Below, piece after piece: positions 52,559 to 62,464 of a stretch of 64,000 nt of DNA. Under the pieces are notes generated by a model, which was given only the letters and a program-made list of their open reading frames with translations, was not told the origin of the DNA and did no database searches. This DNA is from Thermoanaerobaculia bacterium (GTDB lineage: Bacteria > Acidobacteriota > Thermoanaerobaculia > UBA5066). The DNA lies in contig CAVRAY010000002.1 in assembly GCA_963719225.1 (NCBI GenBank), positions 1 to 64,000 on the forward strand, given 5' to 3'. The position numbers were made by a program, and so were the translations under genes. Within the stretch, counting starts at the first letter, position 1. Every line of letters starts with the position of its first letter.

Positions 52559-55500
52559 TCAGGGCTTTACTTCGATGGGGAAGGTCTTCCACATCTTCAC
52601 CTTCACGCCATCCTTCGTCGCGGGCTGGATTGTCGCACCCTTCAGCGAGCGCACGGCGGCCTCGTCGACGAACCGGTAGCTCGAAGGCCTGAGGATCCGG
52701 ACCTCCACGATTTTCCCGCGTTCGTCCACGAGGGCCATGAGGAAGGGCGTCCCGATGGAGCCGTCGGCCGCACGCTTGATCTGCCGGGCCTGGGGCGGGA
52801 GATTGCCCATGCTGCCGAGCCGCACGAGCTTCGGCTCCAAGACCCCGTCGCCGGGCCCGACGAGGTCGCCTTCGGCGACCGGAGCGCTCGACGCGGACGG
52901 GACCACGGGCGTCCTTTCGGGAACGGAGGCCTCGACGGGCGGAGCCGGGGTGGGTTTCGGGGCCGCTTCGGGAGCGGCCTCGGACGGCCGCGACTCCGGG
53001 GCGCGCACGACCGTCACGGTGGAAGGCTCGACGTTCTTCGGCACCGGGACCGACGCGGTGCCGGCGTCCGACGCGCGCGGAGGCTCCGCGGGCTGGACGG
53101 GCACGAGTCCGAGCGCGCCCGGGGGTTGCGCGGGAGCGGTCGCGGGCTTCCCGGCCGCGAGCTGCTTGGCCGCTGCATCGCGTGCCGCCTTCTCGCGTTC
53201 TGCCGCGAGACGCCGCGCCTCCGCCTCGACCGCCTTCGGGTCGAGGATCTTCGCCGGCTCGGGCTGGGGAAGAGCGGCCGAGGGAGCCAGGGGAGCAGCG
53301 GGAGACACGGTCGCCGCGGGCGCCTCCGTCTTTGGCGTGGGCGCCGCGGCGGGTGGCTTCGTGCCCATCCAGCGGTCCTTCGTCACGAAGAGCGCGCCGA
53401 GAACGAGGACTGCCGCCACGATGCCGATTCCGGCGACGAGGCCCGCGCGGCTCTTCTTCGACTCCCCCGCCGTCGGGAGCGCGGACGCGGTTTCACCGAG
53501 GGCGCGGCGTGCCGGCGGCGCCGGAGGCGGCGCGGGTGCCGGAAAGGACGGGCGCGTGACCTCGCCGGAAGCCTTCGCGATGACGAGGCCCTTGCCTTTC
53601 TTCGGAAGAGCGTCGGGGGCGGGAGCCGGCGGCGGGACTGGGTGTGGCATGTCACGGGCCGCGTCGAAAGCGGCATCGATCTCGTCGTCGGACGCCTGGT
53701 GCGCCTCGAGAAGGCGGTGCATGTAGATCGCGAGGTCGGCGGGGCCGGGAGAGGGCTGATACGTGTAAAGCACCGCGTGAAGGTCCTTCTCGAACTCCGA
53801 CGCGTTCTGATATCGCTCCTGGGGGTTCTTCGCGAGCGCCTTCAGAACGATCTGATCGACGCGCTTGGGGACCTCGGCACCGCGCGACGTGGGCGGCGCG
53901 ACCTCGCCTTCACGGACGCTCTCGAGAACGGACATGTCGGTGTCCCCCTCGAAGAGCGGCACGCCCGTCAACATCTCGTAGAGCACAGAGCCGAGGGAGA
54001 AGATGTCGCTCCGGCGGTCGAGTCTTTTGCCCCAGGCCTGCTCGGGCGACATGTACTGCAGCTTCCCCTTGAGCGCGCCCGACATCGTCGTCGAGACCTT
54101 GCTCGCAGCCTTCGCGATGCCGAAGTCGCAGAGCTTGATGTCGCCTTCGTCGCTGATGAGGATGTTCTGCGGCGAGACGTCGCGGTGCACGAGGTTGAGC
54201 TCGCTGCCGTCGGGAGCCGGCCGGCGATGCGCGTAATCGAGGGCGTTCGCGATTTTCGCGGCGATGAAAAGCGCGAGCTCGGCCGGCAGCGGAAAGCCCC
54301 TCTCCCTTCCGAGCTTCAGGAGCGTGCGCAGGTCCTTCCCCTCGACGTACTCCATGGCGATGTAGTGCCAGGCGTCGACTTTCCCGAGGTCGTAGATGTG
54401 CGTGATGTTGTTGTGGTTGAGCTGGGCCGCGAGCTTCGCCTCGTCGACGAACATCGTGACGAAATCGGCGTTCGTCGCCATGTGCGGCACGATGCGCTTG
54501 ATCGCGACGATCTTCTCGAAGCCCTGCTCGCCCCTCATCCGCGCCTTGTAGACCTCGGCCATGCCGCCGGCGCCGATCTTCTCGAGGAGCTGGTAGCGCC
54601 CGAAGGCGCCCGGCGAAGAGGCGGGACGCGCGATCGGGACCGGACGCGTCGCTTCGACCGGCCGCTTCAGCGGCGGAGGAGCGGGCGGAATGGGAGGCGG
54701 GATCGGCGCCACCTTGGTCCGGACCTTCTCGCCCGAGACTTCGCGGGAAATTTCCCTCGGGCGCGCAGGCGGCGCCGCGGCGGTCGTCTTCGGCGGGGGC
54801 ATCAGTCCCGAGAGCGTGTCGCTGAGAAGCTTGTCGACGGAGGAGACCTTTCGGGCGGGCGCCTCCCCGGAGCGGGTCGCGGGCTGCGCGCGCGCGGCGA
54901 GGCTCGCCATCGCCTCGGCGACGTTAACGCGCGCCGTCCGCTCCACGGGCCTTCCCGCCGGTTCGACCGCGGGAAAAGGCGGGGAGGGCCCGCTCACCGT
55001 CTTCTTCGGCGGCAGCAGACCCGAAAGCGTGTCGTGGAGCCGCTTGTCGACCGCGGCCGGGACCTCGCGGGAAACGAATTTCGGCGGCGGCGGGGCTTCG
55101 CCGAGCCCCGTCAGGACGTCCGAAAAGATGTCGTCAGCCGAGAGGAGGGGTGTTCCCGGATCGCTCGGAGGTCCCGGGGACGGCGGCATTTCGATTCCGG
55201 GCCTCAGGCCCAGCGCCATCGCGATCTCCGCCTGGAAGACGTCCTCGGAGAACGGCTTCTCGAGAATGCTCGTCGCGCCCACGCGCTGGGCGTCCGCGCG
55301 CTTGTTGCGTCCCTTGTAGCCGGACATCATGAGGAGGATCGGCGGGGTCGGGCCCGTCGACTGCATGCCCTTGATGACGTCGGGCGTACGGATCTTCGGG
55401 AGCACGGAGGAGATGAGCACGAGGTCCGGGCGCGATTTCCGGTACAGCTCGAGCCCCTCCTCGCCATCGCGTGCGATCACGAGCTCGACGGTCTGCGACT

Positions 55501-55567
55501 GACTCGCCAGGTATTGGCGAATCCTCTCGAGATAACGAGGCTCGTATTCGATCAGGAGGAATTTCAT
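52559..55567 (-). CDS. Receiver-like domain + Ser/Thr protein kinase + TM + TonB C-terminal domain
   Basis: REC fold (MKFLLIE...EKPF); kinase GAGGMAEV, VAIK, HRDVSPQN, DFG, YMSPE; one TM; Pro-rich linker; VDERGKIVEVRIL...AAVRSLK...PATKDG. Confidence 0.88.
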   Translation of the reverse strand: MKFLLIEYEPRYLERIRQYLASQSQTVELVIARDGEEGLELYRKSRPDLVLISSVLPKIRTPDVIKGMQSTGPTPPILLMMSGYKGRNKRADAQRVGATSILEKPFSEDVFQAEIAMALGLRPGIEMPPSPGPPSDPGTPLLSADDIFSDVLTGLGEAPPPPKFVSREVPAAVDKRLHDTLSGLLPPKKTVSGPSPPFPAVEPAGRPVERTARVNVAEAMASLAARAQPATRSGEAPARKVSSVDKLLSDTLSGLMPPPKTTAAAPPARPREISREVSGEKVRTKVAPIPPPIPPAPPPLKRPVEATRPVPIARPASSPGAFGRYQLLEKIGAGGMAEVYKARMRGEQGFEKIVAIKRIVPHMATNADFVTMFVDEAKLAAQLNHNNITHIYDLGKVDAWHYIAMEYVEGKDLRTLLKLGRERGFPLPAELALFIAAKIANALDYAHRRPAPDGSELNLVHRDVSPQNILISDEGDIKLCDFGIAKAASKVSTTMSGALKGKLQYMSPEQAWGKRLDRRSDIFSLGSVLYEMLTGVPLFEGDTDMSVLESVREGEVAPPTSRGAEVPKRVDQIVLKALAKNPQERYQNASEFEKDLHAVLYTYQPSPGPADLAIYMHRLLEAHQASDDEIDAAFDAARDMPHPVPPPAPAPDALPKKGKGLVIAKASGEVTRPSFPAPAPPPAPPARRALGETASALPTAGESKKSRAGLVAGIGIVAAVLVLGALFVTKDRWMGTKPPAAAPTPKTEAPAATVSPAAPLAPSAALPQPEPAKILDPKAVEAEARRLAAEREKAARDAAAKQLAAGKPATAPAQPPGALGLVPVQPAEPPRASDAGTASVPVPKNVEPSTVTVVRAPESRPSEAAPEAAPKPTPAPPVEASVPERTPVVPSASSAPVAEGDLVGPGDGVLEPKLVRLGSMGNLPPQARQIKRAADGSIGTPFLMALVDERGKIVEVRILRPSSYRFVDEAAVRSLKGATIQPATKDGVKVKMWKTFPIEVKP

Positions 55568-55641
55568 GCCGGACTCGAGAGCGGCGGCGAGGCCTCCGCA
55601 CGCGTGTACAACTCCTTTCGGAAGAATCTATTATCGTCCGG

Positions 55642-57000
55642 GTGACGGCGGTGTCAACGAACCGGAGCGAACGCGGCGGCGTACGACGTGTCTTCAGCGC
55701 GCCGCTCGGCTGCAAGGTCAGCCGGATCGACGCTGCTCAGGCCGCGCGTCTCGCCGGAGCTTCCGGCGACGACGTCCAGGCGGGAGGAGCCGCCGGCGCC
55801 GACGTGGTCCTCGTCCACGGCTGTGCGGTCACCGACCGCGCCGAGCGCGACGGCCGGCGTCTCGTCCGGCGTCTCAGGCGGGAGAATCCCGGCGCGACGC
55901 TCGTCGTCTCCGGGTGCTTCGCCGAGAAGGGCGGCGAATCGCTCTCACGGATGCCGGAAGTGGACCTCGTCGTCTCTCTCGCCGCGCGGGACGCGCTGTC
56001 CGAGATCCTCGACGCCCACGAGGCCGGCCTTCTGCCCGAGCGGATCGTCACGACCGGCGCGTCGGCCCGCGCCGCGCTCTTTGCGATGCCCGCACAGGAC
56101 CGACCGCCGGAGGCACTTCTCGATCCGGACCGAACGCGCGCGTTCCTCAAGATTCAGGACGGTTGCGAACGGCGCTGCGCCTTCTGCGTCGTGCCTTCCC
56201 TGCGCGGGGAGGAGCGCAGTGCCCGGATCGAGGACGTCGCCGACGCCGTCCGCCGCCTCGGCGATGCCGGCGTCCCCGAGGTCGTCCTGGCGGGCATCCA
56301 CCTCGCCGCGTTCGGCCACGACCGCGGGACCGCGCTCGTCGATCTTCTCCGGCGGCTCGACGAGGATCCGCCCGCGTGCCGCATCCGGCTTTCCTCGCTC
56401 GAGCCCATGGAAGCGGGCGAAGCCCTCGTCGACCTCGTCGCGACGTCGCGAGTCGTCGTCCCCCACCTCCATCTGCCGCTGCAGTCGGGCTCGTTCGGTG
56501 TCCTCAAGCGGATGCGCCGCGGCATCGTGCCGGCGCGCTACCGCGCGCTCGTCTCGCGCGCGGTGCGTTCGAACGCGCGGCTCCACCTCGCGACGGACCT
56601 CATCGCCGGCTTTCCCGGCGAGACGGACGCGGAGTTCGAAGAGACGCTGCGCTTCGTGGAAGAGCTTCCCTTCGCCTCGCTCCACGTCTTCCCGTTCTCC
56701 CCGCGCTCTCACACCGACGCCGCGGCCTGGCACGAGGCGAATCCCCTGCCGCCACGGGTCGTCACCCAGCGGACGCGTGCGCTGCGCCAGCTCGGCGATG
56801 ACAAGGCCCGGGCCTTCGCTCGCCGCGCCTCCGGGACGACGGCGGACGTCGTCACGCTGCGTGGAAACCGGGGTCTCACCGATCACTATCTCGACGTGGG
56901 ACTTCGCCTTGCCGCGGGCGAGAACGCCCCGGGCCGGCGCCTCGTCGCACGACTGATGGAGAGCGGACGGGACGGCCGCCTGGAAGCACATCCCTGCTAG
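55642..57000 (+). CDS. mtaB: Radical SAM methylthiotransferase (MtaB/MiaB family)
   Basis: LGCKV, CAVT, KIQDGCERRCAFC, HLHLPLQSG, GFPGET; start uncertain. Confidence 0.8.
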   Translation: MTAVSTNRSERGGVRRVFSAPLGCKVSRIDAAQAARLAGASGDDVQAGGAAGADVVLVHGCAVTDRAERDGRRLVRRLRRENPGATLVVSGCFAEKGGESLSRMPEVDLVVSLAARDALSEILDAHEAGLLPERIVTTGASARAALFAMPAQDRPPEALLDPDRTRAFLKIQDGCERRCAFCVVPSLRGEERSARIEDVADAVRRLGDAGVPEVVLAGIHLAAFGHDRGTALVDLLRRLDEDPPACRIRLSSLEPMEAGEALVDLVATSRVVVPHLHLPLQSGSFGVLKRMRRGIVPARYRALVSRAVRSNARLHLATDLIAGFPGETDAEFEETLRFVEELPFASLHVFPFSPRSHTDAAAWHEANPLPPRVVTQRTRALRQLGDDKARAFARRASGTTADVVTLRGNRGLTDHYLDVGLRLAAGENAPGRRLVARLMESGRDGRLEAHPC

Positions 57001-57032
57001 ACTTCGCGGCCCGAAGACCCCAGAGGTGAGCC

Positions 57033-57773
57033 ATGTCCGGTCACAGTAAGTGGAGCACGATCAAGCACAAGAAGGGTGCCGCCGATGCGAAGCGTGGGAA
57101 CCTCTTCACGAAGCTGATCAAGGAAATCACGATGTCCGCCAAGGTCGGGGGCGGCATCATCGAGTCGAATCCGCGTCTCCGCTCGGCGGTCCTCGCAGCG
57201 AAAAAGGCGTCGATGCCGTCGGACAACATCGACAGAGCGATCAAGCGCGGCACCGGCGAGCTCGAAGGCGTGACGTACGAGGAAGTCACCTACGAAGGCT
57301 ACGGGCCGGGCGGCGCCGCGATCCTCATCGAAGCGATGACGGACAACAAGAACCGCACGACCGCCGAGATCCGCCACCTGCTCACGAAGTACGGCGGAAA
57401 CCTGGCCGCGGCCGGCGCCGTGGCATTCCAGTTCTCGAAAAAAGGGGTCATCGCCGTCGAGAAGGGCGCGGCGAAGGAAGACGTCCTCATGGAGCTCGCG
57501 CTCGAGTCGGGCGCCGAGGATTTCAAGGCGGAGGATGCGGACGTCTTCGAGATCGTCACGGACCCTGCGACGTTCGAATCCGTGAAGGCCGTCGTCGAGG
57601 GCAAGCACCTTCCGATCCAGACGGCGGAGGTTCAGATGGTTCCGCAGAACACGATCGAAGTCGGTGAAAAGGCCCCCGCGCTCCTGAAGCTCCTCGAAAT
57701 GATCGAAGACAACGACGACGTCCAGAAAGTCTGGTCGAACGGCGACATCGACGAGAAGTACCTGGCGGAGTAG
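57033..57773 (+). CDS. yebC: YebC/PmpR family protein
   Basis: MSGHSKWSTIKHKKG, YEGYGPGG, TDNKNRT. Confidence 0.96.
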   Translation: MSGHSKWSTIKHKKGAADAKRGNLFTKLIKEITMSAKVGGGIIESNPRLRSAVLAAKKASMPSDNIDRAIKRGTGELEGVTYEEVTYEGYGPGGAAILIEAMTDNKNRTTAEIRHLLTKYGGNLAAAGAVAFQFSKKGVIAVEKGAAKEDVLMELALESGAEDFKAEDADVFEIVTDPATFESVKAVVEGKHLPIQTAEVQMVPQNTIEVGEKAPALLKLLEMIEDNDDVQKVWSNGDIDEKYLAE

Positions 57774-57788
57774 ATCCCGAAGAACGCG

Positions 57789-58325
57789 ATGAAAATCCTC
57801 GGGGTCGACCCCGGAAGCCGGGCGGCGGGCTGGGCCGTCGTCGACTTCACTCCCGCGCCCGCCCTCGTCGATGCCGGGGTCATCCGACCGCCTCGGATCG
57901 GCACGTTCGCCGAGCGCCTCTCGTACCTCCACGCCGCCCTCGCGAAAGTGATCGCGGCAGACCGCCCGGACGCGGCCGCCGTGGAGCGCGTCTTCTCCGG
58001 CGTGAATCCCCAGAGCCTCATCGCCCTCGGCGAGGCGCGCGGCGTTCTTCTTCTCGCCCTCGCCCAGGCCGGCATCCCGACCGCTGAGGTGACGCCCGCC
58101 GAGATCAAGCGCTCCGTCGCAGGGTCCGGCGGCGCCGAGAAGGAGCAGGTGCGCCGTATGGTCGGCGCTCTCCTCGGAAAGCGCCTTGCCCTCGACGCCG
58201 CCGACGCCGCGGCCGCCGCTCTCGCTCACGGCTTCGTCGCCGCGAGGCGCGGCGCGAGCTTCGCGCCGGCCTCCCCCGCGCCCGCCCATCTGTCGGGAGA
58301 AGTCAGGAGACGACCGGCCGGGTGA
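57789..58325 (+). CDS. ruvC: Holliday junction resolvase
   Basis: ILGVDPG, AVERVF, GEARG, KEQV, DAADA. Confidence 0.93.
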   Translation: MKILGVDPGSRAAGWAVVDFTPAPALVDAGVIRPPRIGTFAERLSYLHAALAKVIAADRPDAAAVERVFSGVNPQSLIALGEARGVLLLALAQAGIPTAEVTPAEIKRSVAGSGGAEKEQVRRMVGALLGKRLALDAADAAAAALAHGFVAARRGASFAPASPAPAHLSGEVRRRPAG

Positions 58326-58374
58326 GCCTCCTGTTGAGCGGATCCGGCACGGGCTGCTATCGTGAAAGCGTCCG

Positions 58375-59280
58375 ATGTCGTTTCAAGGCTCCCTCAATGA
58401 GCTCCCGCTCTCCGATATCGTCCAGCTCGTGGCCGTCTCCGGAAAGACGGGCATGTTCTCGATGACGCGTGCCTCCGAGAAGGGCTACGTCTATCTCCAG
58501 AACGGTCAGATCACGCACGCCAAGCTCGGCGAAGTCGAGGGCGAAGACGCGATCTATGCGCTCGCGCTGTGGAGCCAGGGGTCCTTCCAGTTCTCGCCGG
58601 GCGTCGAGAGCGAAGCTCGGACGATCAGCCGTTCGAACACGAACCTCCTTCTCGAAGCGGCCCGCCGGAGCGACGAGTGGAAGATCCTCTCGAAAAAGAT
58701 CCCCGGGACCGATTCGGTTCCCGTCCTCGTGGCCCGCGAGGGCGCGAACGGCCCCGTGACGCTCACGCCGCTCGAATGGAGGGTCGTGACGAAAACGGAC
58801 GGGAACCGTTCGATCGAGGAGATCGCGCGGGCCCTCCGGACCTCGGCATTCGACGTCGCCAAGACGCTTTACGGCCTCGTCACGGCCGAGCTCGTCGAGA
58901 TCGGCAAGACGCGGGGGCCGAAGTCCGCGCCCCAGGCCCCGGCTCCCGCGCCCCTTCAGGCGATTCCGGCCCCCACGGGCCAGTCGATCCCGAACGTCTC
59001 GACGCACAGCGGCGCTTTTCAGGCTCTGTCGAAGGGCGACGAGAAACGAAGCCTTCAGATCCTCTGCACGAAAGTGAAGCAGGAAGCCGAAGCGGCGGCG
59101 GCCGCGCCGGGGGACTCGACGATCGACCGTCCCTACCGAATCGCTCTCCTGGAGCTCGACCGGGGCCGCGGACTCGACGTCGTCCGCGACCTGATCCGAA
59201 CGCTCGAGGAGATGGTCGAAAAGCTCAGGGGTCCAGCCGCCGCACGTGGGTTCCGGGAGAAGATGAACCCGCTGCTTTGA
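58375..59280 (+). CDS. DUF4388 domain protein
   Basis: MSFQGSLNELPLSDIVQL...KTG; LLLEAARRSDEW; DGNRSIEEI. Confidence 0.85.
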   Translation: MSFQGSLNELPLSDIVQLVAVSGKTGMFSMTRASEKGYVYLQNGQITHAKLGEVEGEDAIYALALWSQGSFQFSPGVESEARTISRSNTNLLLEAARRSDEWKILSKKIPGTDSVPVLVAREGANGPVTLTPLEWRVVTKTDGNRSIEEIARALRTSAFDVAKTLYGLVTAELVEIGKTRGPKSAPQAPAPAPLQAIPAPTGQSIPNVSTHSGAFQALSKGDEKRSLQILCTKVKQEAEAAAAAPGDSTIDRPYRIALLELDRGRGLDVVRDLIRTLEEMVEKLRGPAAARGFREKMNPLL

Positions 59281-59300
59281 ACGTAACTCCTTGACTTCGT

Positions 59301-59329
59301 TTGCTTGCGGGCGGGGGACGGGCTAGAAT
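59301..59329 (+). promoter_or_regulatory. Sigma70-type promoter of the OmpA-family gene
   Basis: TTGCTT-17nt-TAGAAT; AAGGAG RBS before ATG 59428. Confidence 0.6.
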
Positions 59330-59427
59330 CTGGCAGCGATTCCTGTCTTTTTGAACAACGACTCGAGGCACTTTCCCGCGCTGGCCAAGAACGAGCCCTG
59401 CGGCCAGAGCGGACCAAAGGAGATTCG

Positions 59428-60816
59428 ATGCGACGGATGCGGACCCGACTCCTCCTCGGCGCGATGGCGTGCGTGGTCTTCGCGGCTCCTCTCGCGGCAC
59501 AGGTAGCCCCCACGGTCACGGGCGAGACGGGTCTCTTCCAGGTCATGAACGCCGACATGCTGCCTCAGGGGCGCTTCTCTCTCGGGCTGTCCTGGGGCCT
59601 GTGGGACCGGACCGCGGCGTCCGTCCCCAACTCGTCCCCGTTCCTGGACGATCCTCTCCGCTACGACCTGCAGCGCTTCGGAATCTCCGTCGGCTACGGC
59701 CTTCTGCCGAACTGGGAGGCGTCGATCAGCGCGGGCGCCAACCGTTACCACGCCTCCAATTTCACCTGGCAGGGGATCGTGAACGGGCGCTACCGCTTCG
59801 GCGGCTTCACGCACAGCGAGACGGACAAGGTCCGAATCGGAACGAAGATCCGCCTCAATTCCAAGGATCCGGTTCTCGTCGCGCTCTTCGGCGGCATTTC
59901 GATTCCGACTCAGTCGTCGAACGACGTCAACGCGATCGGCTCCTCCCGCGCGGACTACGACTTCGGCCTGTCGTTCAACGTCGGCTGGGTGACTTTTCAG
60001 ACGGCCTATCAGCTCAACGGCGACATCGGCACGCCCACGTCGTTCCAGAACACGGGGCCGGTCGGCTACGACCTGTCGAACACGTGGGTGAACGCCGTCG
60101 GCGTCGCCGTGCCCGTGGTGCCGAACTTCTTCAAGGCGATCGGCGAGATCAACCGCGTTCACTACGACGGCGGCGATACGCAGCCGCCAGACTTCTCCGA
60201 GGTGACGCTCGGGGGACGCTTCTCGTTCGGAGACTCCGGCTTCACGGCCTCCGGCGCCGTGCGCGTGAACATCGACCGCTGGACGAGATACGGAAGCACC
60301 CCCTCGAACATCGGCGGCCTCGTCCAGGTCGCCTACCTGCCCCCCGCTCCCGTCGTGGTCAGGCCCCGCGCGGCCCTGCCCCGCGAAGCCGAGCCTGTTC
60401 CTCCGCCCCCGACCGAACCCGTGCCTCCGCCGCCCGCCCCGGAACCCGTTCCCGCTCCGGGCGAGCCGGGAACCCCGCCCGTCGCCCGGCCCTCCACCTC
60501 GACGACCGACGAGATCCTCTTCGACGCCGCCAAGAGCCGGCTCACGAACATCGCCAAGGCCATCCTGGACGGCGTCGCCCTCCGCCTGAAGAACAACCTC
60601 GCCGCCACGTGCACGATCTCGGCCTCCACCGACCCGAAGGAGAAGGGCGGGGATCACGCTGCGCTCGCCCGGGCCCGTGCCGAAGCGGCCCGCGACTACC
60701 TCATGAAGCGTCACGGCATCGACGGGTCGCGCATCACGAGCGAGGTCAAGGGGGACGGCGATTCGCCCGACGCCACGCGCAACCGGCGCGCCGTCGTCAC
60801 CGTCACGTTCCCCTGA
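59428..60816 (+). CDS. Outer-membrane beta-barrel protein with a Pro linker and OmpA-like C-terminal domain
   Basis: Signal peptide; GETGLF; alternating beta strands; ILFDAAKSRL...STD...RAEAARDYL...NRRAVV. Confidence 0.85.
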   Translation: MRRMRTRLLLGAMACVVFAAPLAAQVAPTVTGETGLFQVMNADMLPQGRFSLGLSWGLWDRTAASVPNSSPFLDDPLRYDLQRFGISVGYGLLPNWEASISAGANRYHASNFTWQGIVNGRYRFGGFTHSETDKVRIGTKIRLNSKDPVLVALFGGISIPTQSSNDVNAIGSSRADYDFGLSFNVGWVTFQTAYQLNGDIGTPTSFQNTGPVGYDLSNTWVNAVGVAVPVVPNFFKAIGEINRVHYDGGDTQPPDFSEVTLGGRFSFGDSGFTASGAVRVNIDRWTRYGSTPSNIGGLVQVAYLPPAPVVVRPRAALPREAEPVPPPPTEPVPPPPAPEPVPAPGEPGTPPVARPSTSTTDEILFDAAKSRLTNIAKAILDGVALRLKNNLAATCTISASTDPKEKGGDHAALARARAEAARDYLMKRHGIDGSRITSEVKGDGDSPDATRNRRAVVTVTFP

Positions 60817-60857
60817 TTCGACGAGCTCGCCCGCGGCGGCGTTAGACTGACGCCGCC

Positions 60858-62027
60858 GTGGATTCGAGCTCGGGCGGAGTGTTTTCGACTGGAACGTTCT
60901 CCACCGGGACGAACCCCGCTCAAGGCGGCGTGTTCCGTTCGCGGGCGCTCGTCGTCCTCGCGACCGCCGCTCTCGTGGGCATGCTGTGGGCGGGCAAGGT
61001 CCTGTTCGTCATGTTCTTCTTCGCCCTCTTCCTGTCCTTCGCGCTCCAGCCGTTCGTGACCCTCCTCGAGAAGATCCGCTTCCCGCGCTCTCTCGCCGTC
61101 CTCACCGTCATCCTGTTCCTCTCGGCGCTCGTCATTTTCTTCGTCGTCAACGCCATGTCCCAGATCGAGGCCTTCGCGCGGGACCTGCCCCTCTACGAGA
61201 CGCGGATCCGGGCCTTCACCTCGAAAGCCCAGGGCCTGTTCGCGCAGATCGAGGAGCGCACGCGCTCGCTCCTCCCCGAAGGCGACCGGACGACCCGCTC
61301 CGTGCGGCTCGAGTCGGACGCGTTCGACTCGCTGTCGAAAGTCGCGCTCCAGGTCAAGACGATCGTCTCCCTGCTCCTCTACACGGCCGCGGTCCCGATG
61401 CTCTCGTTCTTCATGCTCAAGGATCGCGAGAGGTACGGCGGGGCTGTCGTGAAGATTCTTCGCATCAAGGGCGGCCGCGCCGCGCAGGACTTCGCCGTCG
61501 GGGTCGCGCGCGTCCTTTCCGGCTACGTTCTCGGCGAGCTCTTCGTCGTCCTGATCACGGCCTGCATCACGACGGCGGGACTCCTCGTCCTCCGTGTGCC
61601 GTACGGCTACATCCTCGGCCCGCTGGCGGGCGTGTGCGTTCTCGTTCCGTACGTCGGCGTCATCTTCTCGACGACGCCCGCTTTCCTCGTCGCTCTTCTC
61701 GCTTCGAACGACGCGGCGCTGCCCGTGAAAGTCCTCGTCTTCTATTCCGTCGTCCAGTTCCTCGAGGGCAACGTGCTGACGCCCTTCATCGTCGGCAGCC
61801 GCGTCCGGCTCCACCCGCTCGCGGTCCTGTTCGCTTTTCTCTTCTGGGGAATTCTCTGGGGCGTGCCGGGCGCGATTCTCGCCGTTCCTCTGACGGCGAT
61901 GATCAAGGTAGTGACCGAGCGCTTCGAGCGTTTCGCGCCGTGGGCCGCGCTGCTCGGCGACCGGACTCCCGATCCCGCCCCGCCCGAAGAGCCCGAGGCT
62001 CTCCTCGCCGGCCATCGCGGGGCGTAG
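60858..62027 (+). CDS. AI-2E family transporter
   Basis: VPYVG, QFLEGNVLTP, LHPL, GAILAVPL. Confidence 0.9.
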   Translation: MDSSSGGVFSTGTFSTGTNPAQGGVFRSRALVVLATAALVGMLWAGKVLFVMFFFALFLSFALQPFVTLLEKIRFPRSLAVLTVILFLSALVIFFVVNAMSQIEAFARDLPLYETRIRAFTSKAQGLFAQIEERTRSLLPEGDRTTRSVRLESDAFDSLSKVALQVKTIVSLLLYTAAVPMLSFFMLKDRERYGGAVVKILRIKGGRAAQDFAVGVARVLSGYVLGELFVVLITACITTAGLLVLRVPYGYILGPLAGVCVLVPYVGVIFSTTPAFLVALLASNDAALPVKVLVFYSVVQFLEGNVLTPFIVGSRVRLHPLAVLFAFLFWGILWGVPGAILAVPLTAMIKVVTERFERFAPWAALLGDRTPDPAPPEEPEALLAGHRGA

Positions 62028-62124
62028 GACCAAGCTGGCTCGAGCGGAGCGAAACCCCCGCAACGGGGGGCCGCGGCTGATGTGCTCCTGCCTAGAGGGT
62101 CCGTTTGAGCAGAGCTCGTTCGCC

Positions 62125-62464
62125 AGACCGGTCCCGTCCAGTTCTCGGAGTGTGAATGCCGGGCGAGCATCCGAAAGCCGGACCCTTCGAGTGCGGCCCG
62201 AGGGACGCTCTCGTAGCTCTTCACGGCGACGTCGATGTCGAGCGTCGTCCGCGGCTCGCTGCGCCACAGCTGCACCGCGACCCCGCCGATCATCGCGTAT
62301 TCGAGTCCGCTCGCCTCGAGGATCCGAAAGAGCTCACGAAAGGCTCGATCTTTGCTGGTAACCACGGCGTCTCCCTTCAGCTCGTGAAAACGCACGTCCA
62401 GCTCGGCGCTGAGCCTCAGCGCATGCTCCACGGAGTCCGGCCGCAGCGTCCGCCCAGCGCACAT
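62125..62464 (-). pseudogene. Truncated nucleotidyltransferase (TA-like remnant)
   Basis: YAMIGGVAVQLWRSEPRTTLDIDVAV; similarity is lost after about 62130 and the frame runs antisense into AI-2E. Confidence 0.6.

Noticed and set aside
52306-52560. Cobalamin riboswitch ahead of the Btu-like transporter
   Set aside because: No intergenic room and no B12-box motif seen.
62052-62071. GC hairpin after AI-2E as an intrinsic terminator
   Set aside because: The stem is present but there is no U-tract on the plus strand, so support is insufficient.
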